A stretch of 56,418 nt of DNA from a virus (lineage: Duplodnaviria > Caudoviricetes). Every line of letters starts with the position of its first letter. Positions within the stretch are counted from its first letter, which is position 1. Below the pieces are notes generated by a model. That model was not told the DNA's origin and ran no database searches. It saw nothing but the letters and a program-made list of their open reading frames with translations. The translations under genes were made by a program, and so were the position numbers. The DNA is taken from the IMG/VR virus record IMGVR_UViG_3300048872_000176, positions 1 to 56,418 of that record; one strand, 5' to 3'. Below, one piece after another: positions 16,142-25,845 of the stretch.

Positions 16142-17986
16142 ATGGCTCCTTTCGATTTCGAGAAACTCTACAACGATGCTCGCATTGCGGTGGAACGCTC
16201 GGGGTCGGAAGAGGGCTGGAAGAAATACGACTATACTGATCCTAAAGTATGGGAAAAGGATTTCCGCAACGGGCAGACCGATCTTTACTGGTTGTCCACG
16301 GAACTTCTGAATCTCGCTTTAGTTGAAAGTACGCACCGCCCTATTACAGATGATTTTTTCATCAAGAAGAACCCGTATAAAGAAGCTAAGTCTTATAAAG
16401 AGTGTATCGGTAAACAAAGCACGGTGAAGAACCGCCTCTTGCTTTACCCTCGCGGCACATTCAAATCCAGCATAGACATGGCTGATGTAATCCAGTGGAT
16501 TGTGTGTTTCCCGAACATCCGCGTGATTTACATGACCGCGGAAGAAACTCTCGCTACGGATTTCGTACGTCAAACAAAGTCGTATTTTCAGATTCCTGAA
16601 TCTACAACGATGACGAAGTTTCAGATGTTATATTTCTCGCACTGTATTCCTGCTAAGAAAAAAGAAGCTGAGAATCAGTTTTTAAGTCCCGCTCGTACTG
16701 AGCAACAAGCCCAGCCAACTCTGTTGTCTCTTTCTCTTGGTATGAGCACGGCGGGTAAACACTCAGACGTTGCTAAGTTCGACGATTGCGTCTCCAACAC
16801 AAATTCAGGCCCCCGTGCTAATGCGGAGCAGCGTAAAAAAGTTACGGATGAAATTAAGCTGGCTCGTCCTCTGGTTGATCTTTATGGGTTTCGGGATTTT
16901 ATTGGGACCCCTTATGACCCTGCGGACGCTTATGCGTCGATTCAAGAATCAATGGCTGGACCAGACCTTAAAGTTTTAACCGCTCCTGCATGGACTGTAA
17001 AACCAGGGGCTCGGAAAAAATCAATCGAGCAGTTGAATGAAGATGACGTTGAACTTCTATTTCCTATAGATGGGCAAGGTGTTGAGCGTCTCACATTCAA
17101 AGCCTTGATGTCGGAATACCGCAGTGACAGTTTTATTTTTTCATGTCAGTACATGATTAATCCGGCCTTGACCAGAATGGTTAAGTTTACGGAGTATATG
17201 CTTCGGAAGTTGATTGTCGCGCCGGAAGATTTTCCCCAACCCGGAAGTTTTTTTACAGCGCAAGCATGGGATTTTGCGGTTACAGACGGCAGCAGTAGTG
17301 ATCGTTCTTTTGGAGCTAACGGTCAGTTTGTGACTCAAGGCCCGCTCGCCGGGCGCTTGTATGTGACCGATGTGGTCCGCGGACGTTTTGGGAAGTCTGA
17401 ACTTCCTTTTCAAGTCGCGAACTTAGCGAACCGTTGGAAGCCGCTGGAGAAGTTAGGAATTGAAAAATCACCAGGTGCGGATTTTTTAGAGAATGATATT
17501 ACCCGAGCGATGATTAAAGTTGGTTACAGTGATTGTCCGCCGATTGAATGGATTCCTGTTGATAACCAAAAAGGTGCGAAGAACGCCCGTGCTGAGGGTC
17601 TCGAAACTCTTTATCTCGAAGGCCGGATTCTCTTTTCATCCGCAATTCCAGAAGATGTGATGGATGAAGTTATAAAAGAACATTTGAAATTCAAAGCAGG
17701 TTCAAACCGTAAAGATGATTCTTTGGATGGTCTCGCACATCTCACACGCTATATTCCAAAAAATATTGTGATTCCACAAACTGAACAGGAAAAACAAACC
17801 GCTGCTTGGGATTTGTTAAAACAAAAACAACAGCACGAACGAATGTTTCCTCCGAACGAAGATAAGCAAACACCGACTTGGAAGCGCGATGGTTACGACC
17901 GTCAAGAACCAATCGCTGCTCCTCTCACACATTGGGAAGGGATGCCGATTTTAAGGCACTCCGAAGAACCTTACTACGGAACATAA
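16142..17986 (+). CDS. terL: Terminase large subunit
   Basis: Walker A-like PRGTFKSS, Walker B GKHSDVAKFDD, IGTPY coupling motif, nuclease AWDFA, GIEK and KDDSLD. Confidence 0.9.
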   Translation: MAPFDFEKLYNDARIAVERSGSEEGWKKYDYTDPKVWEKDFRNGQTDLYWLSTELLNLALVESTHRPITDDFFIKKNPYKEAKSYKECIGKQSTVKNRLLLYPRGTFKSSIDMADVIQWIVCFPNIRVIYMTAEETLATDFVRQTKSYFQIPESTTMTKFQMLYFSHCIPAKKKEAENQFLSPARTEQQAQPTLLSLSLGMSTAGKHSDVAKFDDCVSNTNSGPRANAEQRKKVTDEIKLARPLVDLYGFRDFIGTPYDPADAYASIQESMAGPDLKVLTAPAWTVKPGARKKSIEQLNEDDVELLFPIDGQGVERLTFKALMSEYRSDSFIFSCQYMINPALTRMVKFTEYMLRKLIVAPEDFPQPGSFFTAQAWDFAVTDGSSSDRSFGANGQFVTQGPLAGRLYVTDVVRGRFGKSELPFQVANLANRWKPLEKLGIEKSPGADFLENDITRAMIKVGYSDCPPIEWIPVDNQKGAKNARAEGLETLYLEGRILFSSAIPEDVMDEVIKEHLKFKAGSNRKDDSLDGLAHLTRYIPKNIVIPQTEQEKQTAAWDLLKQKQQHERMFPPNEDKQTPTWKRDGYDRQEPIAAPLTHWEGMPILRHSEEPYYGT

Positions 17987-17993
17987 GGATATC

Positions 17994-18161
17994 ATGCCTA
18001 CTTATACACAGCTTGCGGTCGATACATTTCACAGAGCAAACGAAAATCCAATCACTCCTGCTAACTGGACTACGCCGGGAATAGCTCTAGCTGCTTATGA
18101 AGACCTTTCAACAGATGCGTCTTTCTCTCACTTTGCCGCAGGCAGTATTTCGGTTTTTTAA
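17994..18161 (+). pseudogene. Internally deleted 55-aa paralog of the downstream gene
   Basis: MPTYTQLAVDTFHRANENPI...NWTT joined in frame to TDASFSHFAAGSIS, i.e. both ends of the 18183 domain. Confidence 0.75.
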
Positions 18162-18182
18162 TTTTTTGAAACTTAGAAATCA

Positions 18183-18998
18183 ATGCCGACGTATACGCAG
18201 CTCGCCCAGGATACCTTCATTCATGCGAACCAGAATCCTATCGATGCTGCGCACTGGACAACGTTTACACCTGGTTTTGCTGATTTGCAAATTCTCAGCA
18301 ATAAATGTCTTGCGGCAGCTACAGGACTTGCGGGGGCTGCCTACACCGGGATTTCTTGGCCAGCCAATCAATACGCAGAGATCACAATAGCAGTTTTATC
18401 GGGGGCGGCGTGCGAAGCTGATATCATTCTTCGATCAAGCGCCGATGGCAATAACTGCTATGATTTTGGAATAGTGGATAACGGAGATGGCACCGCTTTT
18501 GTTTTCTTTGAATCTATCGTTGGCGGGTTCGTTGTTGGCCTTTTTCAGAACGCGGCGGTTCCTTTTTCCGCAGGAGACATTTTCAGGGCCTCCGCGCTCG
18601 GTACAACCATATCATTCTTTCAAAACGGTATTTTACTAGGTTCCGCCATAGATTCAGCGGTTGCATCTGGTAATGCAGGCGTAAGCTTCTTCACTACTAC
18701 TTTAGTAACAGAAGCTCAACTATCTAACTTTGCAGGCGGCAGTGTTTCTTCAGGGACTCTTGACACTATTGGTAACGGTATCGCACGTCCCGCTATGATT
18801 TATGGCCGCGCCCCGAACGGTGTGATGTCCGCCGTAACAACGGATGGAAGCGGCAACATAGACCTGTCCGGACAAACCCCTTCTCTCGTGGATACTCTCG
18901 GAAATAGTATCTGCACTCCCGTCATGATTTATGGCCGCGCTCCAGATGGAACTCTCCAAGCTGTCACCACGGATGGTGACGGTCAACTAAATCAGTAA
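18183..18998 (+). CDS. Lectin-like beta-sandwich virion protein with two C-terminal IYGRAP..AVTTDG modules
   Basis: Paralog of 37880 (D.F..A..NP.D..WT, GISWP..Q.A..T). Confidence 0.7.
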   Translation: MPTYTQLAQDTFIHANQNPIDAAHWTTFTPGFADLQILSNKCLAAATGLAGAAYTGISWPANQYAEITIAVLSGAACEADIILRSSADGNNCYDFGIVDNGDGTAFVFFESIVGGFVVGLFQNAAVPFSAGDIFRASALGTTISFFQNGILLGSAIDSAVASGNAGVSFFTTTLVTEAQLSNFAGGSVSSGTLDTIGNGIARPAMIYGRAPNGVMSAVTTDGSGNIDLSGQTPSLVDTLGNSICTPVMIYGRAPDGTLQAVTTDGDGQLNQ

Positions 18999-19009
18999 TC
19001 AAGGAAAAT

Positions 19010-19591
19010 ATGACTGACCTTATCAATAATGGTGTGCCTACACCTATCCAACTTTTTGGCCGCGCCCCGAACGGACAGCTACAAGCTGTGACTACGGATG
19101 GAAGCGGAAACATCAGCATCGTTGGCTCACAAAGTGGAACCGTAAGTTCCGGCACGGCGGGCCAGTTAGGGTATTACGCTACTACGTCTAGTACGATTAG
19201 CGGAAATGCCAGTGCCTCAGTTTCTGCTGGTGTAATCACTGCATCAGGTTTTACAACTACTGGGGCCGTTTCTGGAGCAACATACGCAACGGCTACGAAC
19301 GGATCGTCCCCGGCTTCGCCCGCAGTGTGTGGTTCTGCGGCGGCGGGCATTGTTCAAATTGCCGCGGTGGTCGGTGCAACTACTCTTGTTGTGAACACGT
19401 CCGCAGCAACAACCAACAGCCGTATTTTTTTGACGTACAGCACGGTCGGGATCACAGCGCCTGCGAACATCGCTACGACTCTTACGCAAGCATATGTTAG
19501 TGCAATTTCCAACGGCGTGAGTTTTACCATCTCAATCGGGGTGGGTCCCGTTACAAACCCAATCAACGTTTTCTATCACATTGTGAACTAA
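19010..19591 (+). CDS. Fibre-like virion accessory protein with N-terminal GRAPNG..AVTTDG module
   Basis: SGTVSSGTAGQLGYY, VVNTSAATTNSRIFLT, SFTI motifs; Ser/Thr-rich. Confidence 0.7.
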   Translation: MTDLINNGVPTPIQLFGRAPNGQLQAVTTDGSGNISIVGSQSGTVSSGTAGQLGYYATTSSTISGNASASVSAGVITASGFTTTGAVSGATYATATNGSSPASPAVCGSAAAGIVQIAAVVGATTLVVNTSAATTNSRIFLTYSTVGITAPANIATTLTQAYVSAISNGVSFTISIGVGPVTNPINVFYHIVN

Positions 19592-19596
19592 ATTAA

Positions 19597-21720
19597 ATGC
19601 GCATAACTCCCGATCAGGCCAACCCGCAGGGACAAATTGATATCAAGGATTTCCACAGTCCTGCGGAAGTAGAAAATTCAGGTGCTTTACAATTGTGTGT
19701 ACAGGACGCTGCGAACACGGAAGCCTGGTTGCAAACAAACTATTGGTCTCTACGGTGGCGGGAAGCTGACGGTCTTTATCAAAGTCCTCCTGGTATTCTC
19801 ATGTGGGAGGGTACTACGGTTCCACGGGCGAACGTAAATCGTTTTGTTGTGGCCGAAACAGTAAATGCAATTCATCCTCAAATCATGAATGGGTTGTTTT
19901 ATGAAAACCCACCGTTCGTTCTGCGTCCGCGCCCGAATCTCCAACAGAACACCAGCCGGGCGATTTCCTCAACTATCGCGATAGAACTTGACCAAATGAA
20001 CTTTCGACAGGAAGTTGATTGGGGTTTGTTCTCTGCGCTGAACTTCGGCACATCTATTTGGAAGTGGGGGTTCAAAAGCAGCATTAAGAAAACCATTAAG
20101 TACGAACCGCTCGCAAACGCCGTCACGATTAATTCATCCATTCCCGATACGCCGCCCGCGGTGCTCGACACTCCCGAGTCCATGACTTATAAAAAAGTCA
20201 CAGGCACTGAAGAAGTTCATACACCGACATTCGAGTATAAAGATATCCGCTACATTCTTGTTGATCCGGGCCTCAAGGTTCCAGACATCCGTAAAGCTAA
20301 GTTCGTGATTGACCGGATGTATCTTTCTTACAAAGACTTGGAGAAACTTGCGGACGAAGAGTACGTAGAGGAAGACCCGAAGACTGGTAAGCAGACGCTG
20401 AAAAAGCGTTACATGTTGCCTAGCAAAGATGAAATCAAGGAATGGTTTGCCCCTCCGAAGGAGAACCCTGCGACGGGGCCTCAGAGCGAAGCGAACGTGG
20501 TTCAAGGCACCTCCTTCGTTCATCATGCTAAAGCGGTTTTCCAAAAGTCCACGGAAGACCCACTGGATGAACCGCTGGAAGTTCTTGAACGCTGGGATAA
20601 CGATAAAGTCATCACGGTTTTGAACCGCGTAAAGTGTATTCGTAACGAACCGAATGAATTTGGGGCCAACCCCTTCCTGTCTCTCAATTGGTGGAATATC
20701 CCAGACGCTTTCTGGGGTCTCGGCCTTGGCCGAGTTATTGGTGTTGAGCAACGGGTTCAAGCAGGAATTATCAACGCCTGTCTCGATCTCGCCAGCCTTA
20801 TCGTAAATCCAATGTTCGTAAGGTTGCGCGGCGCGAATATTCAAGAGCAACAGATTCGTCAACGTATTGGTGGAATCATTGCTGTAGACGGCCCTGATGC
20901 ACAAAAAGCCATCAGTATGATGGAACAGCCGCATATCCCTGCGGAAGTCGTCCAGCAAATCGCTCTGTCTCAATCTCGCGTGGAGATGACTTCTGGCGCG
21001 AACCAGCAATTAACCATGGGCGCTTCCACTCAAAAAGGTGGAGCGATGCGCACGGGTACAGGTGCTGCGGGTGTTATTCAAGCCACAATGAATCGTATTG
21101 GCGGGTTCGCTGAAACATTCGTCCGCCAGGTCTACGAACCCTTTATCTATATTGTTCACCAACTGAACAAAGATAAGATGCCAATCAGTTATATCAAAAA
21201 ACTGTTAGGCGAACGTGAAGGCCCGAGCTTTAAGTTCGATGCTGCGAATTACCTAAATGGTCCTGCGGAATTTGAAGTTCTTGCCGGGTCACATCTCGCC
21301 GCGAAGTCTCAAATGGCGCAGTCCCTCTTCATGATGATGCAGATGTTTGAATCTCAGCCGATGATGGACCAGTTGAACAAGATTTCGAACAAGAAAGTAA
21401 ACATCGAAGAATTGTTCCACATGATTCATGACATCTCGGGTTGGAAGAACTACTACGATATCATTCAAGACATGACGCCCGAGGAAATTCAGAATCAGCA
21501 AGCGAACTCTCCTGCGGCCCAAATACAAATGAAGGTAGCGGCCCAGCAGAATTCTCAGAAAACTCAGTTCGATCAGAAGACCGCGATCATCGATCAAGAA
21601 AATGAAGCCCGTGCCGCACGCGACGTGTTCCGTATCATCGCGGAGAAATCCGCCGAGCCTGAAGCTCTGCTTGGTGCGACGGCCCCAACCCAAGGACTTG
21701 GTAGCAATACCACAGCATAA
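19597..21720 (+). CDS. Portal protein (P22/N4-like)
   Basis: 707 aa after TerL; FGTSIWKWG, ILVDP, PF...W...P.AFWGLG.G, R.TGTGA, Q-rich C-terminal barrel. Confidence 0.85.
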   Translation: MRITPDQANPQGQIDIKDFHSPAEVENSGALQLCVQDAANTEAWLQTNYWSLRWREADGLYQSPPGILMWEGTTVPRANVNRFVVAETVNAIHPQIMNGLFYENPPFVLRPRPNLQQNTSRAISSTIAIELDQMNFRQEVDWGLFSALNFGTSIWKWGFKSSIKKTIKYEPLANAVTINSSIPDTPPAVLDTPESMTYKKVTGTEEVHTPTFEYKDIRYILVDPGLKVPDIRKAKFVIDRMYLSYKDLEKLADEEYVEEDPKTGKQTLKKRYMLPSKDEIKEWFAPPKENPATGPQSEANVVQGTSFVHHAKAVFQKSTEDPLDEPLEVLERWDNDKVITVLNRVKCIRNEPNEFGANPFLSLNWWNIPDAFWGLGLGRVIGVEQRVQAGIINACLDLASLIVNPMFVRLRGANIQEQQIRQRIGGIIAVDGPDAQKAISMMEQPHIPAEVVQQIALSQSRVEMTSGANQQLTMGASTQKGGAMRTGTGAAGVIQATMNRIGGFAETFVRQVYEPFIYIVHQLNKDKMPISYIKKLLGEREGPSFKFDAANYLNGPAEFEVLAGSHLAAKSQMAQSLFMMMQMFESQPMMDQLNKISNKKVNIEELFHMIHDISGWKNYYDIIQDMTPEEIQNQQANSPAAQIQMKVAAQQNSQKTQFDQKTAIIDQENEARAARDVFRIIAEKSAEPEALLGATAPTQGLGSNTTA

Positions 21721-21728
21721 GGAAAACT

Positions 21729-22097
21729 ATGAATGGCTCCGAAGTTTTAAGTCGGCCCCCGACAGACAATAATTCATCGGAGTTGACCGACTCCGAAAAA
21801 ATGGATTTAACCGCGGGAGATGGAACTCCGTACGCGAACGCGATCAAGAAGTTGATGAAAATCGAAATCAACAAAGCTCGCGACGAAGCTATGGAGTGTG
21901 ATCCTTCAGACGAGAAGAAACAGCGGTCGTTGATGACGGTAGCTCACGCGATGGAGAAGTTTTACAAGAATTTGTTGGGCGCTATTGTTTTTCAACAAAC
22001 CAGTCACATACTTGATGTCCGGCAAAAAGCCCAAGAAGCTGAATTACAAGATAGAGATAAATTCGAAGAAGTGATTCTTTTCAACCAAACGCACTAA
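21729..22097 (+). CDS. helical protein between portal and scaffold
   Basis: Position and aagga RBS. Confidence 0.7.
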   Translation: MNGSEVLSRPPTDNNSSELTDSEKMDLTAGDGTPYANAIKKLMKIEINKARDEAMECDPSDEKKQRSLMTVAHAMEKFYKNLLGAIVFQQTSHILDVRQKAQEAELQDRDKFEEVILFNQTH

Positions 22098-22126
22098 ACT
22101 ACCAACCGTCCCCCAGACGAGGGTTC

Positions 22127-22459
22127 ATGAAAATCCCATATTGTAGTTTGTTGTTAGGTCCCACCGCTCTGTACGCTCTGGGGTTTACTTTGAACGCGCT
22201 TGTTATGGCGGCAAACGGAAATCAAATGCCTGTACTCGTACCAGGCGGGTGCAACCCCATTACGGACATGGCTGAAGATTCTATTAACGCCTGTATGGTT
22301 GCTTCCACACATTTGAAATTCCTCGCAGACTGGATTGTTGTGCGTCACACGGGAGTTGCCAGTATCGGAGATTTTTTTGAATGGGCCGCGAATTATTCTT
22401 TCTGGCCTTCACTCGCAGTATGGATCGGATTCATCCTCAAAGATCATAACCAAAAGTAA
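22127..22459 (+). CDS. Membrane protein, DUF5317-like
   Basis: LNALVMAANG.QMPV...LKFLADWI...SIGD. Confidence 0.75.
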   Translation: MKIPYCSLLLGPTALYALGFTLNALVMAANGNQMPVLVPGGCNPITDMAEDSINACMVASTHLKFLADWIVVRHTGVASIGDFFEWAANYSFWPSLAVWIGFILKDHNQK

Positions 22460-22479
22460 TTCACTAACTGAACAACCAC

Positions 22480-22500
22480 GCGGTAATTAGCCGCAAGGAG
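22480..22500 (+). promoter_or_regulatory. GCGGTAATTAGCCGC hairpin plus RBS (copy 1)
   Basis: Identical 15-mer at 26559-26573, both next to AAGGAG. Confidence 0.65.
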
Positions 22501-22506
22501 AACTGT

Positions 22507-23430
22507 ATGACCGAAGCAGTTATCGCTGTAAAAGCATTAAAGTCAAAGTATTGGAATGAAGAAAAGCAGAAGTTCGTAACTTCTAAACAATTTAAGGATG
22601 AGAACGGCTTGCCAATAGGTCCTGTTCAATATTTCGAAGCGGACACGCTTGAAGAACTGCTCGAAAAGAAAGATAACGCGCACGAAAATGCGAGCGTTGC
22701 TCTTTATAAAACCCGTCAGAAGGTTAAGCTAGGGGAGATGCTAGAGCCTGATCCTGAGGAGCCGATCCTTACTTTCGAACCCCGGCAACTGACCGCGGAC
22801 GAGCGAGTTAAGTTGACGAAGGATTTGTCCGATCCAGCTAAAGCCGCAGACGCCCACAGACTTCTTCTCGAAGCGGAACTTGGCGCACCGATTGAAACCG
22901 TACGAGCGAACCTCCGAGAAAACGAAATTGCAAAACGTGTAACCACGATTCAGGCAGCAATCGCACAATTCAAACGCGAGACGCCGGAATACGTAGAATC
23001 GGAAAGTAACTCCGACAACATGAAGCGGTACATGGAGAAACATAATCTCCGGTATTCCGCTAAGAATCTCAAGATTGCTTTTGAAGACTTGTCCAGTGAT
23101 AGTTTACTCACCGTACGAGCCCCGAAAGCTGCACCTACCACGCCTGCTCCGGTAACTCCGGTAGCAGCCGCACCCGCTACGCCTGAGGTGATCCCTCCAG
23201 CGGCGACAACGACCCCGGTGATCCCGGTTCAGTCTACGGAAGTGCGCCCTAAGCTATCGTCCAGCGGATTAGGACGGGAAAACTCCACTGCAACACCCGG
23301 AGCCGAACCGACTAAGACCCTGGGGATAACTATAAGGGAAGTCAACGCAATGAGTGCTTCTGAGTACAACAAACGCCTACAAGACCCTGAATTTCGTAAA
23401 GCGATTGAAAAACTGTACGAGAAGAAATAA
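22507..23430 (+). CDS. Capsid scaffolding protein
   Basis: Directly upstream of MCP; helical, charged, Pro/Ala/Thr linker, C-terminal MSASEY helix. Confidence 0.75.
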   Translation: MTEAVIAVKALKSKYWNEEKQKFVTSKQFKDENGLPIGPVQYFEADTLEELLEKKDNAHENASVALYKTRQKVKLGEMLEPDPEEPILTFEPRQLTADERVKLTKDLSDPAKAADAHRLLLEAELGAPIETVRANLRENEIAKRVTTIQAAIAQFKRETPEYVESESNSDNMKRYMEKHNLRYSAKNLKIAFEDLSSDSLLTVRAPKAAPTTPAPVTPVAAAPATPEVIPPAATTTPVIPVQSTEVRPKLSSSGLGRENSTATPGAEPTKTLGITIREVNAMSASEYNKRLQDPEFRKAIEKLYEKK

Positions 23431-23473
23431 CTGCTGATTTCCCGGCACACAACTAAAGTAATTAGGAAGTTTT

Positions 23474-24413
23474 ATGGCCGGATACAATCCAGCTAGCAAC
23501 AATACTTCCAACTTGCCTCAATCTCGCGTTATTTATTATGACAAACGCTTTATTGAAAACCTGAAAGCTCAGACCCCGTTCGTTCGTTGCGCAGAGCGGC
23601 GCGAATTGCCTCTGAATTCCGGTAATCAGTTGGAACTTTTCATGTACAATACATTCGGTGCAAACACCTCTCAGGTGTCCGAAGGTACTGTACCTTCCGG
23701 TATTTCGGCTTCGGTCGGAACTACCACAGCGACGATTGGTGAATATGCCGATTACGCTAACTTTTCTTCACTGTCTTTGGCAACCGCCATCGATCCAGTC
23801 GTAGAGAACGTTGGCCGCGAACTTTCGTATCGCCTTGGACAATCTTTGTCCGCAATTACCCGTGCGGTTGCTGACGGCGCGAACAGCGTTGACAGTTCCG
23901 TTGCGGTTTCGATTGCTGGTGGTACGTCTCTCGCTCTTTCTAACGTTCGTTCCGCCGTTCAGTCTCTGGCTGGCCGAGCGGTTCAACCCTTCAACGAAGC
24001 CGAAGCTCTGATGGCTGGAGTAATCCATCCGTTTAGCGTTGGCGATCTGTTGAACGATTCTTCCAACAACTCCGCAATCGACGTTCTCAAGCACACCGTG
24101 CCTGGCCTCCAGCGCATGGATGACCTAGTTTCTATCGACCTGGCCGACACGCTTGAGTTCCCGGCTTCCGGTGTCGCTTTCTTCCAGTCCAACCTCGTCA
24201 CGCTGACAACGGCGTATCAGGGTTCGGCTGCGGGGGTGGTGGCTTACAGAACTTACATTTTCGGAAAAGACGGGGTAATTGCCATTAGGTTGGGTGGCAG
24301 AGGAGATAATGCTATCGAGGATGGTAATTGGCGAAATATTGAATGTAACATCGTTCAAAACGCCCCACTCTCGGTTGCGGACCCTTCTGGTTTGATTCCT
24401 GGATGGACCTCCT
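23474..24413 (+). CDS. Major capsid protein (N4-gp56-like), exon 1
   Basis: YYDKRF..NLK, LP.NSG, T..IGEYADY, AIDPVV, IHP....DL; frame stops at a group I 5' splice site. Confidence 0.85.
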
Positions 24414-25253
24414 AAATCATAATAAAATTATGGGACGTACCGATGAAAGTCGGAATACGTTAATCTTCTCTGATTGACTTGAAAGCTGTGAAGCCAACAA
24501 GGGGCAAGCCGAAAGGCAGCCTGAGAGACTAAGTGAGAAGACGGCCAAAGTGCCGAAGCGATAGTCCGATCTTATGGGAATAAAGAACCATAAGGTGGTT
24601 GAACAAATTCTCAACCCATGAGATAATATAAACATGAAAGCATATGCAGAAGAAATAAAACAAGAAGCACTAAGACTTTTACGTGAAAATCGCGGCCCGA
24701 AAGATATTGCTAAAAGATTGAATATTTCAATCGGTGCAGTTGAGGATTGGGCAAACGATTGGCGTAAAGACGGCTCTCTTAAAAGTTATAAGAGACCAGG
24801 CATGGAGTTTACAAACCGAGCGAAAGAGATTTCGAACGGTTACTACAAGAGTATTCGCAAACGCTATTTAAGTATGAAGTGGATAGACCATTTAGCGAAG
24901 CGCGAATGTGGGTTCAAAAGCCCAGTGGAAGCGATTCCATACTATCTTGATGAAAATAAAACTCCAAGAGTTTGTGCGTATTGTGGACGACAACCCTCAG
25001 ATGGAAAAGTTTGGGGATTAGATCGCCTCGATTCTTCTTTAGGCCACGTACCGGGGAACTTAGTTCCTTGCTGTGGCTTTCACAAAGAAGGAATGCAACT
25101 TTCATGTCAAGCTAGTAAGTCGAAGTACTCTCTATTTTCTTGGATGGAAATGAATATTTCTCGGTATTATGGGAGACCAGCTTCCACTCTCGAAGTAGAA
25201 GGACGTATTCGATTGGTTCAAGAACTAGCGAAAAAATTATCTCAAACACATTG
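24414..25253 (+). mobile_element. Group I self-splicing intron (840 nt) in the major capsid gene
   Basis: P1 tcct/ggga with U-G at splice site; P10 ttat/ataa; P3 tcttctc/gagaaga; P7 gacta/tagtc; P8; P9; terminal G 25253; splicing restores the frame. Confidence 0.9.
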
Positions 25254-25254
25254 A
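24634..25254 (+). CDS. Intron-encoded HNH homing endonuclease with N-terminal HTH
   Basis: CAYCG...GLDRLDSSLGH..GNLVPCC...C..SK; N-terminal DIAKRLNIS.GAV..W. Confidence 0.85.
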   Translation: MKAYAEEIKQEALRLLRENRGPKDIAKRLNISIGAVEDWANDWRKDGSLKSYKRPGMEFTNRAKEISNGYYKSIRKRYLSMKWIDHLAKRECGFKSPVEAIPYYLDENKTPRVCAYCGRQPSDGKVWGLDRLDSSLGHVPGNLVPCCGFHKEGMQLSCQASKSKYSLFSWMEMNISRYYGRPASTLEVEGRIRLVQELAKKLSQTH

Positions 25255-25336
25255 TAAGGTCCATTACACTGCATCGCTTCCGCCTGATACTACCATGCGT
25301 CTCCGGTACATCAACGCGACCAGCGCCATCAGTTAA
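25254..25336 (+). CDS. Major capsid protein, exon 2
   Basis: T|AT AAG GTC... gives GWTS-YKVHYTASLPPDTTMRLRYINATSAIS*, 340 aa in total. Confidence 0.85.
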
Positions 25337-25350
25337 ACAATCTACCCTGG

Positions 25351-25494
25351 TTCCAGGTTATAAACGGACGAATGCCGTTCTTGAGAAACGGATACTGCCC
25401 CGTGGAATTCGGGGCGCAAAATTGTCCAGACTTTCTAGAATATCTGGACGCGACGATGGGGTGATTTTCTAGAGTCACCCCTGACATCGTTTTA
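25351..25494 (+). other. Multi-hairpin intergenic element; last hairpin may be a terminator
   Basis: gccccg/cggggc, gtccaga/tctggac, acgatg..ggggtga/tcacccc..catcgt followed by tttta. Confidence 0.55.
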
Positions 25495-25791
25495 ATTCAA
25501 ATATTTTTTTATGTTTTCAACAATCCAGGGCATTCGTTCGATGTTTCCGAGGATGGCGTTACACCAAAAACAAAGTAGTCCTCGGAATCTTTTTGTGCGG
25601 GGTTTGTGATCTGAAACAAGAATCATTCGGCGGGAGCAAATCTTACATCTCCCCTGCTGGTCTTTTTCAGCGATTAAATATCGCTTTAACCCAATCTGTC
25701 CGTATTTTTGCTCTATCCGATGGAGATATTTATCCCTTTCTAGGGCGAACAAAGCAGGTTCGTCCTGCCATTTTAAGAAAAAGTATTTCAT
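25492..25791 (-). CDS. Endonuclease VII-like HNH protein (antisense insert)
   Basis: KYG...Q.GRCKIC...DH...FRGLLC..CN..LG. Confidence 0.8.
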   Translation of the reverse strand: MKYFFLKWQDEPALFALERDKYLHRIEQKYGQIGLKRYLIAEKDQQGRCKICSRRMILVSDHKPRTKRFRGLLCFWCNAILGNIERMPWIVENIKKYLN

Positions 25792-25797
25792 GAGTTT

Positions 25798-25826
25798 ATT
25801 GTTTCACAGACTGAAAAGATTGTCAA
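25798..25826 (-). promoter_or_regulatory. sigma70 promoter for the antisense endonuclease (leaderless)
   Basis: TTGACA-17-AACAAT, ATG 6 nt downstream. Confidence 0.6.
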
Positions 25827-25845
25827 GTGCCTTTAAGGAGCCACT

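Noticed and set aside
20134-21009. Long antisense ORFs (e.g. 291 aa opposite the portal, 240 aa at 43213-43935)
   Set aside because: Shadow frames of well-supported plus-strand genes, lacking RBS or motifs
24413-24415. TAA as true capsid stop, or as a sign of stop-codon recoding
   Set aside because: Explained by the intron boundary; other genes are full length under the standard code
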